IMG/VR virus record: IMGVR_UViG_3300013094_000027
Span: 1 to 64,000 of that record
Length of the DNA: 64,000 nt
Reading direction: 5' to 3' (one strand)
Source of the DNA: a virus
Shown: in pieces, positions 8,333-18,700 of the stretch
Position numbering within the stretch: position 1 is the first letter of the stretch
How the letters are laid out: each line of letters begins with the position of its first letter
Translations under genes and position numbers: made by a program
The notes under the pieces: generated by a model
The model's database searches: none
Seen by the model: the letters and a program-made list of their open reading frames with translations, nothing else
What the model was told of the DNA's origin: nothing

Positions 8333-11300
8333 TATATACAAGTTTTAATTTTTTCTAAAATATTTTCTATTGGTTCATTTGTTTTTTGTAAAGCATTGTG
8401 TAATTCTATTGCTTTTTGTTTGAATTCTTCAAAAGATTTTGGATTTTGTTCGTTTTTATATTTTTCATCATAAATCTTTTTTAAATTATTATCATCTATT
8501 GTTGTTTTTGTAGCAGATATAGATTGTTTTTCCATAGGTTGCGAAGGTACATTAACTCTTTCAAAACTTGTCTGATAACTACCTATATGAACTGTAGAAC
8601 CGCCTAATACTTTTTGAAAATGTTCTGGTGTCCATTGTTCTTTTTGAGACCATTGTTTTATAAACTCTGGGTTAGTAACATCTTCTTTGGTTAATCGATG
8701 CACTCCTGTAATCCTGTATTGAGCAGGTCTGTTTTCAAAAGTTATTATATCCCCTACTTTACCTAATGGAAAACTCCTTGTAGTAGCTGTTCTTTTACCT
8801 TGTTCAGTAAGTTCTACAGTAGAAGTGTCTCTACCTATAAGATTTTCAGAAGCAGCCATTTTATAGGACATTGCGTGATTTTTCATTTTTTGACTTTGTT
8901 GCGAAGGTACAACATTTTCAGTAACTTTTGGAGTTATTTGTAATGCTTTTTCTTTATTTATTCTTTCTTTTAAAGAATCAATTATAGCTGTTATTCTAGG
9001 ATTATTTTCATCAAAATAACTATTTTTTTCTACTAAAGATTTAGTATTATCTTCAGGATATACTTCGTTAAACATTCCTCTTTCACCAAGAATATTTATT
9101 CTTTTATAATAAACGCTTGAAGTGCCAAGATCAGGAATTTTTTCATATAGTTTTAATTCAAAATTTTTATATGCTTCACCGGCATCTGTATTTTTGTTTT
9201 TTTGTTCTGTAGTAAGTTCTTTACGAAGATCATACTTACATATATAATCATTCTTTGTTATAGAATTTTCAGAATTAAATGCAACAACACTACCATCTCC
9301 AATAGGAGTATATTTTGATTTTTTAGTAAATTTTGGAACTAATGTTTGATCGTTATAGTTTAATTGATGAAATTGTTTATAATTTAATTCTATTTCTTTT
9401 TGAAATTCTTCAGGATCTTTTATTTTATTTTTCCATGTGTCTAATATTTTGCCGACCATTTCAGAATAAATTTCATGTGGTAAGATCTTTTGAATAGAAG
9501 ATCTTGTTCCTTGCATTCCATTTTGAATAATACTATAAATACCTAAATTTTTTACCCAATCTTTATATTTAGATTGTGGTAAAGCATCATGCAACATTAT
9601 TAAAGAATCTGTAAGATCATTTATTTCATAACTATCAGATGATGCTTTATATAAACGAATTCCTGAAGGCTTTGAAGGATCTTCATTAAATATATATTGT
9701 AACGATTTTAATACTTTTGCATTTGGATTAGACATTACTTTAGGATTGCTTTTCAATTCTTTTAAAATATTTGCAACTGAATTTTCACCAAAAAGCATTT
9801 TTTCATAATTTTCTGCCAAAGTAGTTCCGTTAGTATTATGTGTTTGCAAAATACGAGCAATACTAAAACTTAAAAATTTATTTATATATCTTTCTTTTTC
9901 GTCAGAAGTTGTATAAATATTATCTATTTTATCAAAAATTCTTTCTGTTAAAGCTATTGCATCAGAATTTGATGAAATAAAATAATTCTCTAAAACAGGT
10001 TGTAAAGACAATAAGTTTTTACGTAAAACTCCTAATTGAGTATTGTTAAATAAACAATCAATAGATTCTGGTTCTATGAATCCTTGTTCTTTTACTTTTT
10101 CATAATTTCTTTGTCTAAATCTATCTGAAGCAGATGTTTTAGGTTTTTGTGTATCTATGTTAATAAGATTGTTAAAATTAAATTCTTGTTGTGATTGCTT
10201 TTTATATTCTTCATAAGCAAACAACATATTTAATTGATCCCAATTTTTATCTTTTGAAGTGTTTGTCAAATTAGAAATTAAAGTTTCTTTTGAAATAGAT
10301 TTGTAATCATCTCTTGTAGAATTAATATCATCTAACATTGATTGAATAGTATTGTTTTTTGTATTAATACTTTCCCAAAGTTGAGATTTTAATTCTTTTA
10401 ATAGTTCTTCTTCTCTGTAAGAAGTGTTTTCTATTTCATTGCTTAAAGACACTTCTTCATTTGTATGTTTAATATATTCATCCCATGTTTTACCGTTATC
10501 ATAATATTGTGAAGCAGTTTTCCAAAAAATTTGATTTCTGTAAAAAGAATCTTCATTTACCTTATTTAATAATCTATTATTAATAGCAATGTTTTTAACA
10601 TAATCTACTAATATAGGTTGTGGGAAAAATAATGCTGCGTGATTTTCAGGAGAAACACCTTTATTTACTAAGTAAAGATATGGAGCAAATGTTTCATCAT
10701 TAATATTTAGTTTAGCCAAAGCAGGTTCTTTAGCACCGTCTACAGATGCTTGCACAGCATTATCAAGACTTACAGAAATCAATCTTCCTGTTACATCATA
10801 TTTAGAACCCAATTTGATTCTTCCGTTTTCATTAACATGTGGAAAAATTATATTTATATCTTTTTTTAATGATTCTTTGCTTTGTCCTGATATATATTTT
10901 TTCTTACTTGGTGCGTATAAAAAATGCAAATTTTCACTATCATACTTTCCTGTAAGATATACGTCAGATTGTTGACACATTGTATGCATTGTTACACCTC
11001 TTGCTCCAATACCTACCAATCGTTTTGCAGTAAGATATAAATGTCTTAAATATTGAGAAGTTTTTAACTGTTGTATCGCTGTTTTATTATTTTCTTCGTT
11101 TACAATACCTTTCTTTTTTTCTACAAAATCTGCCATTTCTGTTAAAACACCCATAGAAGTAGGAGACATCATACTAGCATAGTTTTCAGGTGCTAATAAT
11201 AATGTTCTCATATTTTTTAACAATCTGTTTTGTAAACCATCCATTGTGTTTTCATCAGAAACATATTCTATTCGTGGTGCATTTTTTGGAAAAAGTTCAT

Positions 11301-14300
11301 TGTATTTTTGTAATCCTTCTTTAATATCTTTAAAAAACTTTAAAAGTTTTTCATTACCTTTTGCATAGCTTTCTACAGAACCCGGTAAATCAATTCCTTG
11401 TTCTGCAAAATTTTCAAAACCTTTATCTGTCCAAGAAGATTTATTTAAATTATCTAAGTTTTTTGTATCCCATTTTTCTAATTCTGCTTCAGGATCAGAA
11501 TAATTTTTTTCTTCAAGATGTTTAATCATTAAATTTCTAAATTCTTCAGAATCATAGTTTTTTTCTTTGATTTTAAATTTAGACATTATTTGATTTAATT
11601 TATCCACATCAAAGTCAGAACCTGAAGTAACAACTACTCCCGGAGGAATTGTTGTAACATCACCTGTTTTAGAATCAAAGAAAGCACTATATTCTTGAGG
11701 AACAATAGAACTCATTGAAGCAGTGGGTATACGAAAACCCAATGCCTCAAAAAATTCTTTTGGTAAATTTTCATGCACATCACGCCACAAATTATCTTCT
11801 CCTTTAACAAGACCAAGTTGTTCAGGAGTAAATTCTTTATAAGGCCATACTGTAACACATTTTGGAGATTTTACCTGACCATTTTCAATATAAGGAACTA
11901 AACTTTTATTAGCGATGATTCTTAAACTCTTTTTTTCTTGAGGAGTTAGTCTTTTATTGTCTTCTTTTTTATATTCAACATAATCTTTTTTAGATTCATC
12001 CCAATATGCCATTCTTGTAGATCCTTTGCGTTCTGTACCTAAAGAAGATATTTGAACAGCAGGAACACCATATAATTCTCGATTAACAAGTTTTTTATTA
12101 ATAATAGACCAAACCATGTTTTCGATTCTTTCTCTAGAAGGAAGGGCATCTAATTTAGTACCTATTACATAATTTCCTGTTTGTGGATCTCTTGTTGCAG
12201 CCAAAGAATCTATTTGATTTTGAGAAATTCCCCAATCATTTGCTTTATCTGCAAGTGTTTTTATAAATGTGTTTGCATTATTTTTAGTAGAATAATATTC
12301 TTCACCATTTTGATCTGTATGTACTTCTAAACTTAAAGTATCACAAACATCTTTTTTAGCAAGATCATACATTTTATTTAAAGTATCAATATAATCTTTT
12401 ACTACAGGTTTATATTTTTCATCTGTATTTGACATTATTATTTTTAATACTTGACTACCTACAACATGCCTTTTTTCAACAGGAACTTCTGTTTGTTTAC
12501 CATAAAATTGTGGATACAAATCTTGTGCTACCGGCACTTGATTGTTGTATTCTCCATCTTCATTATAAAATGGAAATAATGAACCGTCTTGATTTATTTG
12601 AATTCCTATTTTCTGAGCACTTTCAAAACCAAAAATATCTGATTTTGCTTTTTGATGCGCTAAATAAACATTCTCCATTGAAGTACCTTCAACATCAATC
12701 CATGACAAAGGTCTTACTGACATTTTTAATGCTACTGTATGAGTAATACCTGTTTTTTTAGCATATCCAAAATACTGAGGTTTTTCAGAACCTTTTACAG
12801 CATCTATATCTTTATAATTTTCTAGATCTTCTAAAGATTGTTTATATAATTCAGGTTTTGTTTTTTGATAATCTAAATAACCTGGATGATCTTTTGGTAA
12901 TTCACTTCTTTTTACAATTTCATATGCACGCTCATACTTAAATAAATCCCAATCTTTAGGATCCATGTCTGAACGTAAAATGCGATTTCTCCAATAAAAA
13001 TCATGCATTATATATCCTTGACCATCAGCACCATCTATTCCTAACCAGTTTTTTATTTGACCTGTTGGTTTACCTTCTTTATCTAATATTAGATTTTTAA
13101 AAGAATAAGTACCATCATTATTTTTTGTAAAATTTGCACCTAAACTTTTTTCTAGATTAGATGTATCTTTTTGTGTTTTACTAAGAATGTTAAATATGTT
13201 TGTATATATTTCTTTGTAGCCTTCTTGATAAAATTTTGGTTCAGCATAACAATGCCATCTTACAAATTGATTTTCAGTGTCTTTTCTACCATCTAATCTT
13301 GGAAAATGTTGATCTAAAAAGTTTAAAGATTCTTTATCTAAAGACCAATGTTGTTTTGGTGCTTGTGGCATTGCACCCCTTTTTGCAAAATCTTTATATA
13401 AAGCAGGGTGACCATAAATTAATTTATTTTGTTCTTGTCTTATAAATTCATAATTCAAAGTAATAAACTTTACTACTTTTTCCATTTGATCTTTGCTTAA
13501 TTTTTTAGGATCAACATGATTATAAAACAATTCTGAAAAAATTCTATTTTCTATATAATCTGTAGAATAGGAATTTCCTTTTTTTGTAAACACACCTTCA
13601 TCAAGTAAATAATTAAAATAATCACTTACTGTTTTATTTATGTGTTTTTGTATTTGAGTGTCAAGTTGTTTTTGATTTTTTTCAAGCCAAAATTTTTTAA
13701 GATTTGGATAATCATTTATGACTTCAGCTCTTTGTTTATCTGTTGCATTTTCAAGATAAGTATTTTTTGAGTCTTTATTTAAACCCAATACTTTTTCTTT
13801 AAAAGATGCTTTTAATTCAGGACTTAATATTGTATTAAAATAACCAAAATCAAGTACTCCTTTTTTATAATCTTTTATATTTGAAGAATTTAATATTTCT
13901 TGAAAAGCAGTATCCATTTCATCATTTAAATATTTGATGAATTGCATTCTTTCTAAACCAGAATCTATATTATCAAAAGATATTATTGGATTTGAAACAC
14001 TCAAAGCCATCTCTCTTGATTTATCTGAATTTATACCAATATAAAATACTTTTTCTTGATTTTTTCCTGATCCTAATATATATGCAATTTCTTGACCAAT
14101 ACGATCTGTAAAAGATAATGAATCAGTACCTTTACCAAAAATACTATCACTAACACTCATTCCATTTACAAGAACATATTTAAATACTTTTTGTGTTCTG
14201 TTTCCATTCGCATCAAAATAATTACCACCATTACGTAAAAACTCTGAATTTTTTACATAAGGATTATTATTTAAATGTGGAAATAATTCAAATAGTTCTT

Positions 14301-15726
14301 GTTTTGTTTTAACATTATTTATTGAATCAAATATTTTAGAAGCGGTAGATTGTTCTATAATAGAATATGCAAGTTCTCCTTCAGATGTTAAAAAAGATGC
14401 TGTTTGTTCACCAGTATTTATTTTTTTATAAACATTTAACAAATCATTTATTCTGCTTAAAACAGTATTTTTTTCAAATAAATCAGAAAAACTTTTTATT
14501 TTATTTTCTTTAAAAAGTTGTGATATTGCTTGATAAGATTCATTTATTGCTTTTTCATAAGGAATTAAATTTTCTGCAGGAACACCAAAATCAATACCAA
14601 TGTATTTTAATTTAGTTAAAGAATCTTGTAATGTATTGTTGCCTTTATTATCTATGAAATGATTATATTCTTTATTTTTGTTTACAACTAATTTGCCGTT
14701 GTTATTTTTAAAAAATAATTCTCCTTCATCATTCGGATCAATTTTGCTTTTAACATTATTTTCCCAAATAGATCGTATATCAACATTATTTTCTCTTAAA
14801 ACAGGGTCTACCATATGCAGACCATCTTCATTAGCTATTGATTTAGTAACGTTTAATTTGTTGGTGGAATAACTTACTTCAAAAGCAGTTTTTAAACTCA
14901 ATTCGTTTTCATTTGTAACAATATTATCTACTTTTAATCTTTTTTTAAGTTCTGCAATCCACTCGTATCCATATTTGTATTTATTATTTATTAGATATTT
15001 ATTATCTAATTCATCAAACATGTCTTTAATATTTGTTTTTCCTGAAAGTGTTTGCAATAAAACTGCTTGCACTTTAGCAAAATCTACTACAGAAGTTAAT
15101 CCATAATTTGAACCTGTTTTTCTTTCTAAAAGCCCTTCTGAATTATATCTCATTTCAGGCAAAGTAGATAGTAAAAATTTAACATTATTTTTTAAAAATG
15201 TTTTTGGATCTGTAGATATAGGATCTTTAAGATAGTTTTCTTTTTGTGCGCTATCGGCTTCTCTTTTATTAAAAGATTCTACCATATTTTCTGGAGATTC
15301 AAAATCTGCACGCAAACCTATTTTTCTAAAAAAAGAAGTTATTCCATTTAATATTTGTTGTTTTTGATCAATAATATTATAATCTTGCCGTAAGCCTATA
15401 TATTTTTTTTCTAAAAGATTTAAAAGTTTTTCATGTTGTGCTTTATCTCTTAGATTTGTTATGTCATACGCTTTCATCAAAGTACTTAAACCACCAGGTT
15501 TAAATATTATTTTGTCTGTAAATTCTTTATATGCTTTATTTAAATAAAGCTCTTGATTATCTATAGATTTAAAAAGATCATCTATACTTTTACCATCTTT
15601 TTCAAGATGATCGTATATAAGAGACACAATTCCTTCTACCACTTCTTTTTTAACAAGTGGCGAAACTCTGGATAATTTGGTACTTAATGATTTTTCAATT
15701 CCGGGATTACAATTATCAAATAACAT
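8332..15726 (-). CDS. Virion RNA polymerase (crAss-like), with C-terminal ASCH-like domain
   Basis: 2464 aa; catalytic GSDFDVDK (DFDVD at 11616-11602) preceded by GFRIPT; GKRTATTR ASCH signature near the C-terminus. Confidence 0.9.
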   Translation of the reverse strand: MLFDNCNPGIEKSLSTKLSRVSPLVKKEVVEGIVSLIYDHLEKDGKSIDDLFKSIDNQELYLNKAYKEFTDKIIFKPGGLSTLMKAYDITNLRDKAQHEKLLNLLEKKYIGLRQDYNIIDQKQQILNGITSFFRKIGLRADFESPENMVESFNKREADSAQKENYLKDPISTDPKTFLKNNVKFLLSTLPEMRYNSEGLLERKTGSNYGLTSVVDFAKVQAVLLQTLSGKTNIKDMFDELDNKYLINNKYKYGYEWIAELKKRLKVDNIVTNENELSLKTAFEVSYSTNKLNVTKSIANEDGLHMVDPVLRENNVDIRSIWENNVKSKIDPNDEGELFFKNNNGKLVVNKNKEYNHFIDNKGNNTLQDSLTKLKYIGIDFGVPAENLIPYEKAINESYQAISQLFKENKIKSFSDLFEKNTVLSRINDLLNVYKKINTGEQTASFLTSEGELAYSIIEQSTASKIFDSINNVKTKQELFELFPHLNNNPYVKNSEFLRNGGNYFDANGNRTQKVFKYVLVNGMSVSDSIFGKGTDSLSFTDRIGQEIAYILGSGKNQEKVFYIGINSDKSREMALSVSNPIISFDNIDSGLERMQFIKYLNDEMDTAFQEILNSSNIKDYKKGVLDFGYFNTILSPELKASFKEKVLGLNKDSKNTYLENATDKQRAEVINDYPNLKKFWLEKNQKQLDTQIQKHINKTVSDYFNYLLDEGVFTKKGNSYSTDYIENRIFSELFYNHVDPKKLSKDQMEKVVKFITLNYEFIRQEQNKLIYGHPALYKDFAKRGAMPQAPKQHWSLDKESLNFLDQHFPRLDGRKDTENQFVRWHCYAEPKFYQEGYKEIYTNIFNILSKTQKDTSNLEKSLGANFTKNNDGTYSFKNLILDKEGKPTGQIKNWLGIDGADGQGYIMHDFYWRNRILRSDMDPKDWDLFKYERAYEIVKRSELPKDHPGYLDYQKTKPELYKQSLEDLENYKDIDAVKGSEKPQYFGYAKKTGITHTVALKMSVRPLSWIDVEGTSMENVYLAHQKAKSDIFGFESAQKIGIQINQDGSLFPFYNEDGEYNNQVPVAQDLYPQFYGKQTEVPVEKRHVVGSQVLKIIMSNTDEKYKPVVKDYIDTLNKMYDLAKKDVCDTLSLEVHTDQNGEEYYSTKNNANTFIKTLADKANDWGISQNQIDSLAATRDPQTGNYVIGTKLDALPSRERIENMVWSIINKKLVNRELYGVPAVQISSLGTERKGSTRMAYWDESKKDYVEYKKEDNKRLTPQEKKSLRIIANKSLVPYIENGQVKSPKCVTVWPYKEFTPEQLGLVKGEDNLWRDVHENLPKEFFEALGFRIPTASMSSIVPQEYSAFFDSKTGDVTTIPPGVVVTSGSDFDVDKLNQIMSKFKIKEKNYDSEEFRNLMIKHLEEKNYSDPEAELEKWDTKNLDNLNKSSWTDKGFENFAEQGIDLPGSVESYAKGNEKLLKFFKDIKEGLQKYNELFPKNAPRIEYVSDENTMDGLQNRLLKNMRTLLLAPENYASMMSPTSMGVLTEMADFVEKKKGIVNEENNKTAIQQLKTSQYLRHLYLTAKRLVGIGARGVTMHTMCQQSDVYLTGKYDSENLHFLYAPSKKKYISGQSKESLKKDINIIFPHVNENGRIKLGSKYDVTGRLISVSLDNAVQASVDGAKEPALAKLNINDETFAPYLYLVNKGVSPENHAALFFPQPILVDYVKNIAINNRLLNKVNEDSFYRNQIFWKTASQYYDNGKTWDEYIKHTNEEVSLSNEIENTSYREEELLKELKSQLWESINTKNNTIQSMLDDINSTRDDYKSISKETLISNLTNTSKDKNWDQLNMLFAYEEYKKQSQQEFNFNNLINIDTQKPKTSASDRFRQRNYEKVKEQGFIEPESIDCLFNNTQLGVLRKNLLSLQPVLENYFISSNSDAIALTERIFDKIDNIYTTSDEKERYINKFLSFSIARILQTHNTNGTTLAENYEKMLFGENSVANILKELKSNPKVMSNPNAKVLKSLQYIFNEDPSKPSGIRLYKASSDSYEINDLTDSLIMLHDALPQSKYKDWVKNLGIYSIIQNGMQGTRSSIQKILPHEIYSEMVGKILDTWKNKIKDPEEFQKEIELNYKQFHQLNYNDQTLVPKFTKKSKYTPIGDGSVVAFNSENSITKNDYICKYDLRKELTTEQKNKNTDAGEAYKNFELKLYEKIPDLGTSSVYYKRINILGERGMFNEVYPEDNTKSLVEKNSYFDENNPRITAIIDSLKERINKEKALQITPKVTENVVPSQQSQKMKNHAMSYKMAASENLIGRDTSTVELTEQGKRTATTRSFPLGKVGDIITFENRPAQYRITGVHRLTKEDVTNPEFIKQWSQKEQWTPEHFQKVLGGSTVHIGSYQTSFERVNVPSQPMEKQSISATKTTIDDNNLKKIYDEKYKNEQNPKSFEEFKQKAIELHNALQKTNEPIENILEKIKTCI
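8538..8911. repeat. 14-bp direct repeat GTTGCGAAGGTACA flanking the ASCH cassette
   Basis: Exact copies at 8538-8551 and 8898-8911, 360 bp apart (in frame). Confidence 0.9.
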
Positions 15727-15736
15727 GTTTGTTTAT

Positions 15737-18700
15737 TTATATTTCAATAATATTATTATCACAAGACTGGTGTTTATTTAATTCATCAATTTCTTTTTCT
15801 GATAAATTTTCTTTTGGAAAATCTGAAGATTCTTGTAATGATTCTATTGCACTTCCATTATCAGTAGCAATTACAGGTTCATCGACAGGATGAACTTCAC
15901 TTTGCGAAGATACAATATTATTTGGAATATTTATATTTTCTTCAGGTTTTTTTTCTTCTACTGTTTCTTGTTTAGCAACTTCTGAAGTTATTACATTAAA
16001 CTTTCCGTTTTTGTTTTCTAAAAGTGCTTTTTTAGACATTTCACCAATGTCTCCTGTTTCTTGAATTTTATATTCAAAATTATCTTTTTCTTCATTATAA
16101 CTTATTATTTCAGCATTTTGCAAACCTTTAGGTTTTTGTATAGTAAATTTAGTACCTACTAATTTTTCATTTTGATCCCAATCTATTTCATTAGAAGGTT
16201 TTGTTACAGATACTGTTTCTGAAGGTTTAGATTCAGCTTGTTTTGTTTTAGTTTCAGGTTTTGCTTTAACTTTTGTTTTAGGTGGTTGTTGAGTTGCTTG
16301 TTTAGTTTCTCTTTTTATTTCTTGTGGAGTTGGTTTATAACCACCTTCATTGTAATCATATGTCAAATTTACTTGTTTTAAAACAGGATGCAAAGAATTT
16401 GATTCATAATTATTTTTTCCATTTGCTTCTGGCTTTAAATTTTCAATTAAATCTGTATATAATACAGGTACTCCATTATTATCTTTTTTTACAGAAATGT
16501 AATGCAAATAATTATCATAAACATCTCCACCTTCAGAAACATTTTCTAAGTTTTGTTTTAATTGATAATCATAAAAATTATTTTTTTCATTTTTAGGACT
16601 ACTTGTTTCTTCTACATGTAGATCAATATATGGATCATTTGAACTTAGGAATTTATCGTTTACTTGATGAAACATTCCTTCTAATAAAGAGTCTTTGTTT
16701 TTATCTATTTCAGAAGGCTCAAAAGGCATTGACATAAAATCTAATTTACCATCTTTACCAAAAGATCGGTATAATTTTCCATTTATAACCCAAATTCTAT
16801 TTTTACCATATTTTCCTTCAACAAAATCTTTTTCAGAAGGTGCACCCCAAAATGTTACTGCATTTAAATATTTTTCAATTTTATTTAAATCATTAATTAT
16901 TTCTTTAGCTCTTTCTTCACCATATAAAGATGTTAATCTTTCTTTTTTTGCATCACTCGACAAATATTCTTTATACTTTGCATAATATTTTAATGCATTT
17001 AAAATATTTGTTTTTTCTTCTTCAGAAAAAGCTCTGTTATTAACAGGAAATTTTAAACCATCTTCTCTTACTAATACTAATCTGCCTGGTTTGACATTTT
17101 TAGTATCGTTATCTTTTTTATTTGCAATTTTTAATTTTATAGGAAGACCATTAGGAGCAACAGGATTTCCCCAATTACCATCTTTTATTAAAGAATTTGT
17201 AATAGATAATTTAGTTCTTTTGTTTTCAGTATTTTTTTCTGATCTGTTTGGTAACCCATCAGTTTTTCCTTTTATAGGAATAGAAACTAATCCTGATTTT
17301 GCGTCTTCTTTTATTTTTTCTCTTTGTGCTCTAAATCTTTTTAATTCATCATAAGCTTGTTGAAGTTGTTGATCTAAATATTGTCCTTTACTATCTTTTT
17401 GAAAAACAAACATTTGCTTTAACAATCGCCATGCTTCTGACTTTAAAAAAGATTCTTTATTAAATTCATTATCTAAAGGTGATTCTAATAAATCATCATT
17501 ACCATGTAAAGATCTATATATAATATTTTCACTTGTTGGATTTTCTATTACATTACCATTTATATCAACAGGTTTGTTTTCTTCATTTACATAAATTACT
17601 TTAATATCATCATGATATGCCTGTTCATTACGAACATCTTTTAACCAAGGAAATTTTTCTAATAATTCTTGATTTTGTTCTGTATCTTTAGTTACTACAA
17701 ATAATTTTATTTTATTATTTGTTGTATCTACATCAGCATTAAATTTGTATGCTTCGGCATTTTTTTCACGCTCATTTAATTGTTGATCATTATCATATCT
17801 GGTTACAGTATACTCTTTATCTCCTATAAGATATACTTTAGATTCTTTAAAAGGACTCGATAGTATTTCTTCATTTTTAGCAAGTGCTCTTAAAATATTG
17901 TAATGATTTTTTAAATCTTCAGGAGTATATGATTGTTTATCTAAAATTGCAAGTCGATCATTTTCTAGAAGAAGTTCTTTTGTTTTATTTCTTTTAATTC
18001 TGAATCTGACAATATTTCCTTGATCATCACGAAGTTCTAAATGTTCAGGATGATAATTTCTACCAACAACAATACTTAATTGTTTTTGATTTGCATTAAA
18101 CACAGGTCTTACTTCATATTTATCTGAACTATAATCAAAAACGTTATCTAAAAATCCTCTATCTTCTTCAGAAGATTGTGGAGTTTGTTCTGTTACAAAT
18201 TCTTTATTTTCATTATTATGTGCTGTTTTTTCAGTATCCCAAGAAATATTGTTTTTTATTTCTTGCAATTCTTCTTTAGGTAAAGTTGAAAAAACGTCAT
18301 TTAATTTTTTAAGAAAATCAATTCTATCTTTTATATCTGAAATTTCACGCAATTTTTGGTGTTCTTCTAAAAGACGTTGTTGTTTTTCTTGTAATTGTTG
18401 TTTTTCTTTTTGAGTTTGTTCTAATTCTTTTTGATATTTTCCAGATTCTAATAATACTTTTTGTACAAACAATCTTGCTGCTTGTGCTTGAACATCAAAC
18501 TCATCTGGTTCAATATTTACAAAAGAATCTCTATTAGAATCTTGTTTTGCACGATATTGTTCAGAAAGCATATTTGTTGCAAATTTGCGTTCTTCGGCAT
18601 TACCGTTATACATTAGATCAACTAAAAAATTCTTTAATGATTTTTCATCTGTAGCTGCTTTTACAACTCGTTCATAAAGATCTTTAATATCATTAACTTT

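Noticed and set aside
8332-15726. Intein or intron in vRNAP, portal or MCP
   Set aside because: No C...HN intein ends or LAGLIDADG motifs noticed; ORFs are continuous
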